From: a virus
Reading direction: 5' to 3' (one strand)
Virus record (IMG/VR): IMGVR_UViG_3300035698_016128
Location: 32,001-96,000 of that record
DNA: 64,000 nucleotides
Within the stretch, counting starts at the first letter, position 1, and each line of letters begins with the position of its first letter. Positions 20,301-29,821 of the stretch are shown here, piece after piece. The position numbers were made by a program, and so were the translations under genes. The notes below the pieces were generated by a model that saw only the letters and a program-made list of their open reading frames with translations, did no database searches and had not been told where the DNA came from.

Positions 20301-23300
20301 TAAGGCCAGCCACAATGTTCGCCGTACCTGACCAAAGAATTTCATTTACCGTAGTGGTGGCAGGATACGTTGCGGTAGACCATGCAGGTGCGGTACTTGA
20401 CCCCGACCGTAATATTTGTCCCGCTGTTGCGGTCGCCGCCAATACCTCCATTGAATCAGCATCAGTATATACGATTCCACCGTCACTTGCAGTCAAATTC
20501 TTTGCTGATCCGCCGTAGGTAAGACCAACTACATCCCCAGTCCATGTCGAGGAAGTGACAGTACCGAGTACAGCAGAGCCAGCAGAAAACGCACCGACTA
20601 AAGTAAGGGCATCGGTAGCCTTGACGTATGTTAATCCGGCATCTCCACCGAAGGATCCACCATCATTAAACTGAACTTGAGTATCGGCACCACCAGGAGG
20701 TGTAGCCGTAACGCTATCATCTACGTAACCCTGAGTTACAAACTTATCGTTATCTGCTACTCCTGCGGTAACAGAGGCGATTCCATTAAGGAGTCCAAGT
20801 TCAGTCGTTGTGATTGTAGCAGACTCGATAATAGCACCGGCACTAGAAATCATTGCAAAATCATTTGTTAATGCAGCGCTTGAGTTTGTACCACCATCAG
20901 CCACAGGAACATCCGTTCCGCCTGCTCGGTATAGGTACGCCGCGCCAATGGTGACCGCCGTAGGAAGGTCAGTTCCCCACGCTGGAACACCAGCTCCTGT
21001 GGTAGCAAGAATCGAAGAGTTTCCGGTAGTAAGGCCAGCCACTACGTTCGCACCATTGCTATAGAGAAGTTCGCTCGCCCCGTAGGTATCAGCAAAGGTT
21101 GCGGTAGACCAGGACGCAGTGCCATCAGCATCAGAGTTGAGAACCTGATTTGCTGTACCGTTTGCAAGAGATGTTCCCGTACCGCCGTCCAACAACGGAA
21201 TGTCAGTGCCGTCTGTACGATAGATGTATTTGGCTCCTATGGTAACTGCTGTAGGGATGTCCGTTGCTATGGAAGGCACTCCGGCGGCACTCGTTATTAA
21301 AACCCCACTGTTAGCTGTAGCAAGACCAGCCACGATGTTTGCTGTACTAGACCATAAGATTTGATTCACCGTAGTGGTAGCCGGGTAAGTGGCTGTTGAC
21401 CATGCAGGTGCGGTACTTGTGCCAGACTGAAGCATTTGCAGGGCTGTTGCTGTTCCTGCCAGCACCTCCATTGAATCAGCATCAGTATATACGATTCCAC
21501 CGTCACTTGCGGTTAAGTTTTTTGCCGACCCACCGTAGGTAAGACCAACCACATCCCCAGTCCAGGTTGAGGAAGTGACAGTGCCAAGAACAGCGCCCGT
21601 AGAAGTAAATGGACCTGCGATGGTAAGGGCATCGGTTGCCTTGATGAAGGTCATCCCGGCATCACCAGCAAAAGACCCGGCATCGTTGAACTGTACCTGA
21701 GTGGTCGCACCACCAGGAGGCGTAGCCGTAGCGCTATCATCAACGTATCCCTGGGTTACAAGCGCCGCGTTGTCTCCGGCACCCGTGGAAACAGAGGTCA
21801 TGCCGTTAAGAAGCCCAAGTTCAGTCGTTGAAATTGTAGCAGACTCGATAATAGCACCGGCACTAGAAACCATAACAAGGGAGTTCGACAGGGCCGCACT
21901 GGAGTTTGTCCCACCATCTGCGACAGGTACATCGGTTCCGCTGGCACGATAAAGATACGCAGAGCCAATGGTCACCGCAGTCGGAAGATCGGTTCCCCAG
22001 GCCGGAATACCAGCCCCCGTGGTTGCCAGAATTGAGGAGTTCCCGGTAGTCAGCCCTGCTACTGCGTTGGCCCCATTGCTGTAAAGCAACTCACTTGCCC
22101 CGTAGGTATCGGCAAAAGTTGATGTAGACCAAGAGGGAGCCGCGCTCGTTCCTGACCTAAGCATTTGACCAGCGGTTGCTGTACCTGCCAGCACTTCCAT
22201 GGAATCAGCATCAGTATATACGATTCCGCCATCACTTGCAGTTAAGCTCTTGGCTGTACCGCCCTTTGTCAAAGCCAAGGGGTCTACAAGACCGATAGTG
22301 ATTGTGCCATCCCCATCATCGGCAATATCAATCTCAGAAGCAGTACCCGTTACCCAAGAGTTAAGATCAGTAGAAGTTACATCGCTCGAACCATTCGAAG
22401 CCATTAACCTAGAGGCTGTAAGCACAGAAAGAGTAAGAACATCAGTAGCTTTATCGTACACCATACCAGCATCGCCACCGAAGATTCCACCATCATTAAA
22501 CTGTACCTGCGTATCAGCCCCGCCAGGAGAAGTAGGGCCAACATTATCATCTACATATCCTTGAGTTACAAATTTATCGTTATCAGCCGCCCCAGTTGTA
22601 ACAGAAGCTATACCGTTGAGTAAGCCAAGTTCAGTCGTTGTGATTGTAGCGGATTCAACAATTGCCCCGCCACTAGAAATCATTGCAAAATTATTGTTTA
22701 ACGCCGTGCTTGAATTAGTACCGCCATCAGCAACGGGAATGTCTGTGCCGCCTGCGCGGTAGAGGTACGCCGTGCCTATAGTGACTGCCGTGGGAAGATC
22801 AGTACCCCATGAGGGGACTCCACTTCCGTTCGTCGCCAGAATCGAAGAGTTACCTGTAGCCAACCCCTCCACAGTATTCGCGGTATTGCTATAAAGCAAT
22901 TCACTTGCACCGTAGGTATCAGCATGGGTCGCCGTGCTCCATGCTCCTGCTACCGCACCGTCAGAGCGCCACATTTCCCCTGCGGAACCTGCGGAAGATA
23001 TGAAATATTGACTTACATCAGTTCCAGCGAGCAGAAGTGCGCCAACAGAAATATTGAAATTCTGTGGGGAAACAAGGTTGCCGGTACCAGTAGCAATCAC
23101 ACCATCCGTCTTATTATGGGTAAATGACAACCACTGATCGGTAGCAACATCGTCCGCGGTGGCCGAGTGCAGGAATATAGTAGTATCTGGCGACAACGTA
23201 TCGTGCCCATACTTCTCATCGTACGCTTGCCCATCAACGAAGATAATATTCCTATTTCCCTTTCCATCTGAATAGCCTGGATAAATATAGGCTCCCTCAT

Positions 23301-23679
23301 CCTCAACCACCTTTATCGAAAGATAATTATAGTTCCCATCCCAAAGACGGAAAAGGGTTCGTTGGTAAAACCCCCCATTGCTCCATTGGGCGTTCGACGT
23401 CCCATCAATATAAAGTTCTGTTCCATATGTTCCAGCGGCGAAGAGTATTACTCCGCTACTATTGTATAAAGTATCGGGATATGCCCAAGATACCGTACCT
23501 GCTCCATTTGTTTCCAGAGTTTGGTTAGCGCTCCCATGTGTTCCGTCTATATAGAGATCGCCCTCAAGATAAGTATCGCCCTTAATGATATGCTTATCAT
23601 CATAGTCTGTACCGGCGTAGGCAATGCCCGTTATCAGCAAAGCAATCATTACGATTACTAATTTTGTATTGAGCCTCAT
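17365..23679 (-). CDS. Giant repetitive fibre/adhesin-like protein (2104 aa)
   Basis: Gly/Ala/Thr/Ser-rich mosaic of modules, including six TELGLLNG...VTQGYVDD and six GGxxxQ(V/I)Q(F/Y)N...GDAG units. Signal-peptide-like N-terminus MRLNTKLVIVMIALLITGIAYA. Confidence 0.8.
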   Translation of the reverse strand: MRLNTKLVIVMIALLITGIAYAGTDYDDKHIIKGDTYLEGDLYIDGTHGSANQTLETNGAGTVSWAYPDTLYNSSGVILFAAGTYGTELYIDGTSNAQWSNGGFYQRTLFRLWDGNYNYLSIKVVEDEGAYIYPGYSDGKGNRNIIFVDGQAYDEKYGHDTLSPDTTIFLHSATADDVATDQWLSFTHNKTDGVIATGTGNLVSPQNFNISVGALLLAGTDVSQYFISSAGSAGEMWRSDGAVAGAWSTATHADTYGASELLYSNTANTVEGLATGNSSILATNGSGVPSWGTDLPTAVTIGTAYLYRAGGTDIPVADGGTNSSTALNNNFAMISSGGAIVESATITTTELGLLNGIASVTTGAADNDKFVTQGYVDDNVGPTSPGGADTQVQFNDGGIFGGDAGMVYDKATDVLTLSVLTASRLMASNGSSDVTSTDLNSWVTGTASEIDIADDGDGTITIGLVDPLALTKGGTAKSLTASDGGIVYTDADSMEVLAGTATAGQMLRSGTSAAPSWSTSTFADTYGASELLYSNGANAVAGLTTGNSSILATTGAGIPAWGTDLPTAVTIGSAYLYRASGTDVPVADGGTNSSAALSNSLVMVSSAGAIIESATISTTELGLLNGMTSVSTGAGDNAALVTQGYVDDSATATPPGGATTQVQFNDAGSFAGDAGMTFIKATDALTIAGPFTSTGAVLGTVTSSTWTGDVVGLTYGGSAKNLTASDGGIVYTDADSMEVLAGTATALQMLQSGTSTAPAWSTATYPATTTVNQILWSSTANIVAGLATANSGVLITSAAGVPSIATDIPTAVTIGAKYIYRTDGTDIPLLDGGTGTSLANGTANQVLNSDADGTASWSTATFADTYGASELLYSNGANVVAGLTTGNSSILATTGAGVPAWGTDLPTAVTIGAAYLYRAGGTDVPVADGGTNSSAALTNDFAMISSAGAIIESATITTTELGLLNGIASVTAGVADNDKFVTQGYVDDSVTATPPGGADTQVQFNDGGSFGGDAGLTYVKATDALTLVGAFSAGSAVLGTVTSSTWTGDVVGLTYGGSAKNLTASDGGIVYTDADSMEVLAATATAGQILRSGSSTAPAWSTATYPATTTVNEILWSGTANIVAGLTTANSGILITSAAGVPSIATDIPTGVTIGTGYIYRTGGTDIPMLDGGTGTSLANGTANQVLQSDADGTMSWSTSTFADTYGASELLYSNGANIVAGLATGNSSILATDGSGVPSLGTDLPTAVTIGAGYIYRAGGTDVPLADGGTNKGLTASDGGIIYSDADSLEVLAATATAGQILRSGSSTAPTWSTATYPTAVGVNEILFGSSANVVGGIAAGASGVLVTSAGNIPSIETDIPTAVTIGTKYLYRADGTDVPVADGGTNSSAALANDLVMVSSAGAVIESATISTTELGLLNGIASVSTGAGDNDKFVTQGYVDDNAGSTSPGGADTQVQFNDGGSFGGDAGLTYVKATDALTLVGALSAGSAVLGTVTSSTWTGDVVGLTYGGSAKNLTASDGGIVYTDADSMEVLAATATALQMLQSGSSTAPAWSTATYPATTTVNEILWSGTANIVGGLATANSGVLVTGAGGIPAIGTDIPTAVTIGTKYLYRADGTDIPLLDGGTGTSLANGTANQVLQSDADGTMSWSTATFADTYGASELLYSNGANVVAGLATGNSSILATTGAGVPAFGTDLPTAVTIGAKYIYRADGTDVPIADGGTNSGAALANDLVMISSAGAIIESATISTTELGLLNGIASVSTGAGDNDKFVTQGYVDDSAGGSTSPGGADTQVQFNDSGSFGGDAGLTYVKATDALTIVGALAAGSAVLGTITSSTWNGTDIAIAEGGTNSSAALGNDLVMVSSAGAIIESATISTTELGLLNGIASVTAGVADNDKFVTQGYVDDNAGGVAGTDGQIQYNNGGSAFGGDAGLIWDDTNDELEITGQVLVTEKGHAFATFGNGANNNITLSSSKVWYHITTSSPPLWTLDAANGVTETGDVFTITTAGIYRGTLTLTYDNSDDSDMICIGIINVSGTQLGGRSCTNHEGSGWESVSIPVYIDATTDAFAIRPAVMNYTSNSTLYAIYGVLSLVYLSDT

Positions 23680-24005
23680 AACAATTTCCTCGTAAAAGTT
23701 ATTGTCCAGGAATTCGAAGTAGTTGACTGAAGAATGACATTGCCACCGGAAATTACCACGGCAAATGCTAAGTCAGAGGTATCATTCAAGTCATTGGTTG
23801 CACGTTCCGATTTTGCAACCTCGTCAGAACTGTTCCAATTCGCATGGACATAGCCAGTCCTCATATTGTCGCCATTCTGCGCAACGTAATCCCAATGACA
23901 TGCCGTAGCCAACAGCTTCGAGAAACTATCGACAGTCTGCGCCGAACCAGAAACCGTCACTGATGTTTTCGCAGGGTATGTCGTCGTGATGTTATCGCGT
24001 AGCAT
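23676..24005 (-). CDS. Small virion structural protein
   Basis: VDSFS...DLAFAVVISGGNVILQ pattern recalls terminal domains of environmental phage fibres; 4-bp overlap with the fibre start. Confidence 0.5.
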   Translation of the reverse strand: MLRDNITTTYPAKTSVTVSGSAQTVDSFSKLLATACHWDYVAQNGDNMRTGYVHANWNSSDEVAKSERATNDLNDTSDLAFAVVISGGNVILQSTTSNSWTITFTRKLL

Positions 24006-24013
24006 AACAGCGC

Positions 24014-24271
24014 CTACAGCCTTAAGATTGAAGTTGTGAACCCGCCAAGCGTAGTGCCGTCATAAATCATTGTGAGAATCTTACTCAGAAACCCATCGCT
24101 TATTGTTACCGTATTAATCTTGCCATCAAGCACACCACCGGAATGCCGAACGATAGCCACAGCATTCTTTGTAACTATATTGGTTACAGGCTGATAGGAA
24201 TAAAGAGTCTTCTTGGGGTCCTCATTATCTATCGGCCTTCTTGTGAGTGAGCTATTCCCGCCTCCAGGCAT
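24014..24271 (-). CDS. Hypothetical protein
   Basis: 85 aa, GGAG RBS, between portal and fibre genes. Confidence 0.55.
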   Translation of the reverse strand: MPGGGNSSLTRRPIDNEDPKKTLYSYQPVTNIVTKNAVAIVRHSGGVLDGKINTVTISDGFLSKILTMIYDGTTLGGFTTSILRL

Positions 24272-24274
24272 GAT

Positions 24275-26377
24275 TTACTCCTTCGCTTTCTTCGCTGGCT
24301 TTCTGCCAGTCTTCTTTGATGCGTCCAGCATACTGCGTAGCTTCTTGCCTTCCGGTTCAGAAAGCTTCTTTGTGATAGCCTCATTTAGAATTTCCAAATG
24401 AAAGTCCATCATGTACCGAAGGGCTCGGACGATTTCTTCCGGCCCCATGAGTTCGAAGTTGGGGATGTACTCAAGACCACTTGACCAGATCTTTAACCGC
24501 ATCAGGCCAGCCTTAACCGCCATAAGCCCATCAGGACTCTCAGTAGCTATGCGCATAAGCCCCATACGAATATGGTCAACCTCGCGAATCTTTCCATCCT
24601 CATCGGGTTCCGGTCTGTATATATCAAGATATGAAAAGTCTTGCCCCTCTGTTGGGAAAACACCGATATCAGCCTCAGCAAGCTTTGCCTTCAGACTCTC
24701 CGCACGGTCACCGCCGGGGCGCAACACTTTCCGATCAGCCTCACGCGTCCCAGGGAAGCTTTTACGTGTTGCACGCCTAGTGGGGTTCCCCTTCACCGGA
24801 ACACGCTCAGAACCGGGTTTCTGTGCGTCTAAGGGGGGTGTTTGCGCCCCATCACCTTCTTCAGAAGCATTCGGGGGCGCAACTTCCGTCATTACTTCAT
24901 CAAATTGCTGAACCGGCACGTTAAGAACAGTTGCCAACTCCTCAAGCGACGGAATGACATTCGGGCGAAGACCACCCTGAACCATGTTGTCCATGTTGCG
25001 AATCATTTCGATGAAAATTTCCTTCAGGGCAATCTTCCTGTTCCAATCGAGACTGTCGAGCATCAACCTTGCCGGTGCACGCTCTTCAGGCGGGAAGTTC
25101 CCCTGAATCAAAATCGGTAGCAACTGCTCGTCAACCGTTGCCTCAATGTCGTTGACCAGCCCGAGCTCTGACTGTAGAAACAGATCAGCGTGCAGGCTTG
25201 CCATGCTATAACCACCGCCACCGCTTGTCTCATTCGTCACGGCTTTTTCGGGAATCCAAAGAGCGCGAAGGATGCCGACGTCCATGTGGTTAATGGCCTG
25301 AATAAACATTTCCCCGCGCTTGTCATCGGAGAGGTATTCAACCTTCCACATATTCTCCTTGCCGCTTTTTGATTCCTCATACGGCAGAACACCAATGGTG
25401 TTTGAAAGCAGGGACGAGCCAAGGTCCAGAGCCAACTGCATATTGTTTATGCGCTGACCACTTTCTGTCTGGGAATCGCCCGGAGGTGCCGTAGTAAGAA
25501 TGGGCGGAGAGCCACGACGCTCGAAATACATGAGCATGAACTGATACAGGACTTCCTTCCAGTACCAGAACTTATATGCGGCCACGAGTCGGCTATTCCC
25601 AAACGGGTTACCGAACTCTTCATCATGGGTAAAGAAGAAACACTTATCCTTGTTCAGCCGGACTTCCTTACCATAGGCGCTTTGAATGATACCATTGAAG
25701 TTCTCTTTATCGTCAAGCAGTACTTCTATACTGCTAGGGTGATGCGCCTTGAATTTCTTGTAGACAAGAGCCTTTCCGTCGTAGTACACCTTCTTGTCTT
25801 TGGCCTTTGATTTCTTCTCGACCTTTACATCCTCAATCATAAAAACTTTCTCATGAGAAGCAAAGCCGTATTCGACCGCCGTAAGCGTCGACTTGATCAG
25901 CCTGCGCCAAACCTTCCGCAGTGCATTCTCAAGAAAGAACTTGACCTTATCGTCATCACACTCGATACGCCACGGCAGGGCAATGATTGGCAATTTGATA
26001 AATGCCAAACCAGCACTGACCATGGAATCATTCTTCATGAGATCGAATGTGTCAACGGTAATTGTCTCGGGATTGTACACCCCGTGCGACCCCTCGACGT
26101 TTGCTATGGCAGGGTTGTCATAGCGCGAAATCTCCTTCAAATCAATCTTGGCAGGAGACTTCTTCTTCTGGCGCTTGCTACCACTGACCTTTACGTCCCC
26201 GGTCTTGAGGTAAGTTGTAAAATCATCTTGCAACTTACGGTCAAAGAAGGCTTTCGTAAAATCAGCAATCTCCCTCGCACCCTCCCTGTTTAACGGGGTC
26301 TTCCCTGTGGGCGGAGCCAACCGAATGCCGCTCGTTCTTGTTTTCTTTGGTATTCTTTTTTTATCAGCCATTCTCAC
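24275..26377 (-). CDS. Portal protein (DUF935/Mu gp29-like) with C-terminal extension
   Basis: Follows terL. Motifs DSMVSAGLAFIKLPIIALPWRIE, YGFASHEKV, NPFGNSRL...YKFWYWK and FERRGSPP. Confidence 0.85.
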   Translation of the reverse strand: MRMADKKRIPKKTRTSGIRLAPPTGKTPLNREGAREIADFTKAFFDRKLQDDFTTYLKTGDVKVSGSKRQKKKSPAKIDLKEISRYDNPAIANVEGSHGVYNPETITVDTFDLMKNDSMVSAGLAFIKLPIIALPWRIECDDDKVKFFLENALRKVWRRLIKSTLTAVEYGFASHEKVFMIEDVKVEKKSKAKDKKVYYDGKALVYKKFKAHHPSSIEVLLDDKENFNGIIQSAYGKEVRLNKDKCFFFTHDEEFGNPFGNSRLVAAYKFWYWKEVLYQFMLMYFERRGSPPILTTAPPGDSQTESGQRINNMQLALDLGSSLLSNTIGVLPYEESKSGKENMWKVEYLSDDKRGEMFIQAINHMDVGILRALWIPEKAVTNETSGGGGYSMASLHADLFLQSELGLVNDIEATVDEQLLPILIQGNFPPEERAPARLMLDSLDWNRKIALKEIFIEMIRNMDNMVQGGLRPNVIPSLEELATVLNVPVQQFDEVMTEVAPPNASEEGDGAQTPPLDAQKPGSERVPVKGNPTRRATRKSFPGTREADRKVLRPGGDRAESLKAKLAEADIGVFPTEGQDFSYLDIYRPEPDEDGKIREVDHIRMGLMRIATESPDGLMAVKAGLMRLKIWSSGLEYIPNFELMGPEEIVRALRYMMDFHLEILNEAITKKLSEPEGKKLRSMLDASKKTGRKPAKKAKE

Positions 26378-28211
26378 GTCTCGAAGTTGGGTTAGGAAAC
26401 TTTAGCCCAAAGCTAATCATTCGTGAACCGTCAAGTGGCTGAACCATCCCACCACGTGACGGCACGAACAATCTCTTATCAGGGCGGACAATTGAAATTG
26501 GCACCGTACCCCTATCTTCTTGAGTCTCATCACGAAAATTCACTGGGTAACAAGTCCTGGGCTTACTCCTGATATACATGCCCATCATGGCTACTGCCCA
26601 AAAGATGTCTCCGTGATGATCCTTATTTTTTTCAGCATCAACACGTATATTACCGTGGTCTGTCACTGAGCGTTTAATCGAATGAAACTGGTTCTTGAAA
26701 TCACGCTGATCAGGAAATGCCAAACATTGGTTCTCCATCAGCATGCGAACCGTTGATGCGCTTTCGTCCTTCCAAGTGCCGGTAAAATTAACCGCATCGA
26801 CAACACTTGGGTACCTTGAAAACAAATTCTCACAAAGGTGCATGCCCATGCCTGTCTCATCAATGCCAAGCTTTCTCACATTACCTTTGCGTATGGCGTA
26901 ATCTATTTCAGCTTCCATCTCTCTGAAAGGTTCATTCCTGAATGAGCGCCTGAACCGTATTATCGCCATATCATCGTTTATTTCCTCGGCCAGAATAAAC
27001 TCAGCCGTATGATGCCTACGCCCAACATCGAACCCGCCAATCAACCGCCCCTTGATATGCCCAAAGCGTACTGCATCCAACACACCCTCAATATTATCAT
27101 AAAACCGAAATGAAATGCCAGGATACTTTTCCTCAATCGGCAACTTCCTCAAATCAAGTGCATTTTCGTCATCTTCATTGAATATGTCGTCAGTGACATG
27201 ACGATACACGCATTGATTGATGAGACTCATTGGAATGTAGGCAACGCTCTCATCTATGTGGTGGCATTCGTATTCCTGACAGAATGATTCGATGTCCATA
27301 CCAATAAAGATATGGCGAAGCTTCTGACCACCATAAGTCTTCACCCTCTCTATTGTCTTCATTAACGGCGCTTTAACCTGAGCCTCTTCAAACAATCCTT
27401 CGCCAACGAACTCAGGGCAATCCCACCAGAACACTCGGTAGAAGCTGTACAAGCTTCGGAACTCTTCGTTGTTCATCACTTCCCAGTGAATGCCGTTCTT
27501 ACCAAGCGGGGTACTTCCAATTGTAATGCCCCCATGCCCACGGGAGATAATAGGCATAGCGGCTACATAAATTTTATCACCATATGTGTAATGTGCGGCC
27601 TCATCCAAAATGATCTTGGTGTTACCACCCTTACCACGTGGCTCCCGCTGTGCATGCGATATGATGCGGGTTCGTCCACGCCTATGGCCCGTTGTTGATT
27701 CGAATTCAAGGCTCTTTTTATTATCAACGATTAACCGCTTCTGAAACCCAAGTGGCATTGACTCAAAAAGTTCGCGTGCATAGACAATCTTCTCGTTGGC
27801 TTCTTCCTGATTGATAGAAATGAATATTTCAGTGTGCCTGTCCATCAGGTGTGCCTCGGCCACACCCTCTGTGGCAAACACATACGAGAACCCTGTCTGC
27901 CGGGACTTATCAATATGCTTGAATGGGTTTGGGTCAATGAGATAATCAATCTGGTATTGATACAGGGACGTTGGCGCACCGTTGGTCTCGGTAAGCCCCT
28001 CAACGAACCCCGGCTTTGTGGCAAGCCATTTGCCAAGGTCTTCCCTTGTAGGTTCTTTTTTAACAATAATCAAGGGGCTCTTCATAGGAATGCGCTTTAC
28101 CTTTACAGATAGCGCGGCCTTCTTCTTTACTGGCTTGCGCACAGGCTTCTTCTCGGCCTCGTCCATGAACTCACCAAGCGAAACCGTCTTCTTCTTAGTC
28201 GCCACGTACAT
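26364..28211 (-). CDS. terL: Terminase large subunit (Mu gp28-like)
   Basis: ATPase motifs DKSRQTGFS, IILDEAAH and GSTPLG; RNase H-like nuclease motifs GFDVGR, GIDETGMG and HGDIFWA. Confidence 0.93.
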   Translation of the reverse strand: MYVATKKKTVSLGEFMDEAEKKPVRKPVKKKAALSVKVKRIPMKSPLIIVKKEPTREDLGKWLATKPGFVEGLTETNGAPTSLYQYQIDYLIDPNPFKHIDKSRQTGFSYVFATEGVAEAHLMDRHTEIFISINQEEANEKIVYARELFESMPLGFQKRLIVDNKKSLEFESTTGHRRGRTRIISHAQREPRGKGGNTKIILDEAAHYTYGDKIYVAAMPIISRGHGGITIGSTPLGKNGIHWEVMNNEEFRSLYSFYRVFWWDCPEFVGEGLFEEAQVKAPLMKTIERVKTYGGQKLRHIFIGMDIESFCQEYECHHIDESVAYIPMSLINQCVYRHVTDDIFNEDDENALDLRKLPIEEKYPGISFRFYDNIEGVLDAVRFGHIKGRLIGGFDVGRRHHTAEFILAEEINDDMAIIRFRRSFRNEPFREMEAEIDYAIRKGNVRKLGIDETGMGMHLCENLFSRYPSVVDAVNFTGTWKDESASTVRMLMENQCLAFPDQRDFKNQFHSIKRSVTDHGNIRVDAEKNKDHHGDIFWAVAMMGMYIRSKPRTCYPVNFRDETQEDRGTVPISIVRPDKRLFVPSRGGMVQPLDGSRMISFGLKFPNPTSRRENG

Positions 28212-28701
28212 CCCCCATATTAACTACCTTATCGCCCTTTGTAGGCTTGAGCTTCTTCTTCTTGTGCAGACTACCGGAGAGACTATCCTGATACCTGTCG
28301 GAAATGGTATCAAGCGAACCAGTTGCGGTCTTGGAAGTAACATCCCCAGGAGTATCGAGCCGTTGCTCGTGCTGGAGCTTTGCCACGATGTCCACAAGCT
28401 TCTTCGTGGACACCTCTTCCAAATCACCCTCGACAGCACGAACCTGTAACTCCTCATACAGCGTAGGCAACAGCCTTGCCACCTGTATGCGACGGAAGTC
28501 CTGGTCGACACCTTCGATCTGATTAATTGCCGAATCAATAGCCTCAATAAAATCAGGACGCCGGGTCCACTTGCCAACGGCATTCTGCGAAACGCCAAGG
28601 CGTTCGGCTATCTCAGCCTTTGAAAGATTAGTTTGTGCAAGGTATTTCACAGCTTTCTTCTGCTTTGCACTTAGCGAAGTAGGGAATTCAATCTCGGGCA
28701 T
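28195..28701 (-). CDS. terS: Terminase small subunit (HTH)
   Basis: AGGAGG RBS before ATG 28701 (MPEIEF...). N-terminal HTH (LSKAEIAERLGVSQNAVGKW); immediately upstream of terL. Confidence 0.75.
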   Translation of the reverse strand: MPEIEFPTSLSAKQKKAVKYLAQTNLSKAEIAERLGVSQNAVGKWTRRPDFIEAIDSAINQIEGVDQDFRRIQVARLLPTLYEELQVRAVEGDLEEVSTKKLVDIVAKLQHEQRLDTPGDVTSKTATGSLDTISDRYQDSLSGSLHKKKKLKPTKGDKVVNMGDVRGD

Positions 28702-28771
28702 GGTATTCCTCCTTATGAGACAAAAATACAATAGTTTGGTATACAAAGTCAACATGTCACAAACATGTCAC

Positions 28772-28796
28772 AAAAAAAAACGGGCCAAAAGGCCCG
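28772..28796 (-). terminator. Rho-independent terminator after exonuclease gene
   Basis: CGGGCC-AAAA-GGCCCG stem with a T9 tract on the minus strand. Confidence 0.8.
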
Positions 28797-28841
28797 TCTC
28801 AAGTGCGTTCTATTATTGGTAATCATTTTTCTCTTGTAATA

Positions 28842-29813
28842 CTACCGCCCTTTCTTCTGCGGTACCCGCCTCGCCCCCACGCCATACACTGATCCGCTAT
28901 TGCCAAGGAATTTCATTGGCCTCATGCTGGCAATCGAAACCCGTTCGACATTGCGAAGAAAACTGATCATCTTGTATTTGCGCACCACAGCTCTTAACTT
29001 GCTACGCTTATGTGTGAAATGAAACATGCTTCCGATAACGCCTTCACCAGTACGCAACTTAACAAGCTTGCGGTTACGCATATAATCTTCGTACTTATCA
29101 TCCGCTAACTCGCCCAAGGTACCACCACGTATCATAGCCGTCGCTGTCTTGGGGCCAATGCCTTTGACACCTGGGATGTTATCAACCTTGTCACCATCAA
29201 GAGCCAAGTAATCAATATGCTCATTTGGCTCAAACCCGAAACGCTTTCTAAACCGTGCTCTGTTCATGACTACATCACCACGGCAATGCATCTGCACCGT
29301 ACACTTGGCTGTAGCCTCAATGAGTTGAAAGAAGTCCTTATCCTCGGAAACAATCACCACCTTATCATCTGGCCCCTTGCACCGCTTCTTGCATAGCTTG
29401 ACGGCACGGGCCACAACATCATCAGCCTCCCATGCAAGACTGCTGTATATAACCGTAATGCTCATATTGGAAAGGAACTCCATCAGCATCAGGAATCCGT
29501 CACCAACCTCATCGTCTAAGGTTCGCCCTTCCTTGTAGGTAGGCAACAGCTTGGCCCGTTCAGAAATCACCGGCGGGAGCCCCCTAGACGGCGCTACGCC
29601 CCTTTTCATGCTTGCATATAGGTGAGCGCTAGGGTCAAAGGCAATGACCGTGTGACAGGGCTGATACATGGCATTGATGCGAATGATGGTTCTCATTACA
29701 CCGTAGGCAATACCGGTCTTAACGGGTTCGCCATCAATGACCATGGAAAGCTTCGAATGCACGTGCTTACTTTTGTGCAGAGCCAGATTCCCATCTATTA
29801 CCACGAAGTTCAT
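28842..29813 (-). CDS. 5'-3' exonuclease/flap endonuclease (Pol I N-terminal/T5 D15-like)
   Basis: Motifs VIDG, EADD, SEDKDFFQL and the H3TH DGDKVDNIPGVKGIGPKTA. Confidence 0.92.
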   Translation of the reverse strand: MNFVVIDGNLALHKSKHVHSKLSMVIDGEPVKTGIAYGVMRTIIRINAMYQPCHTVIAFDPSAHLYASMKRGVAPSRGLPPVISERAKLLPTYKEGRTLDDEVGDGFLMLMEFLSNMSITVIYSSLAWEADDVVARAVKLCKKRCKGPDDKVVIVSEDKDFFQLIEATAKCTVQMHCRGDVVMNRARFRKRFGFEPNEHIDYLALDGDKVDNIPGVKGIGPKTATAMIRGGTLGELADDKYEDYMRNRKLVKLRTGEGVIGSMFHFTHKRSKLRAVVRKYKMISFLRNVERVSIASMRPMKFLGNSGSVYGVGARRVPQKKGR

Positions 29814-29821
29814 ACCGCCTC

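Noticed and set aside
17365-23679. Diversity-generating retroelement acting on the fibre
   Set aside because: No reverse transcriptase, and no template/variable repeat pair differing only at adenines, was seen; the repeats differ at all base types.
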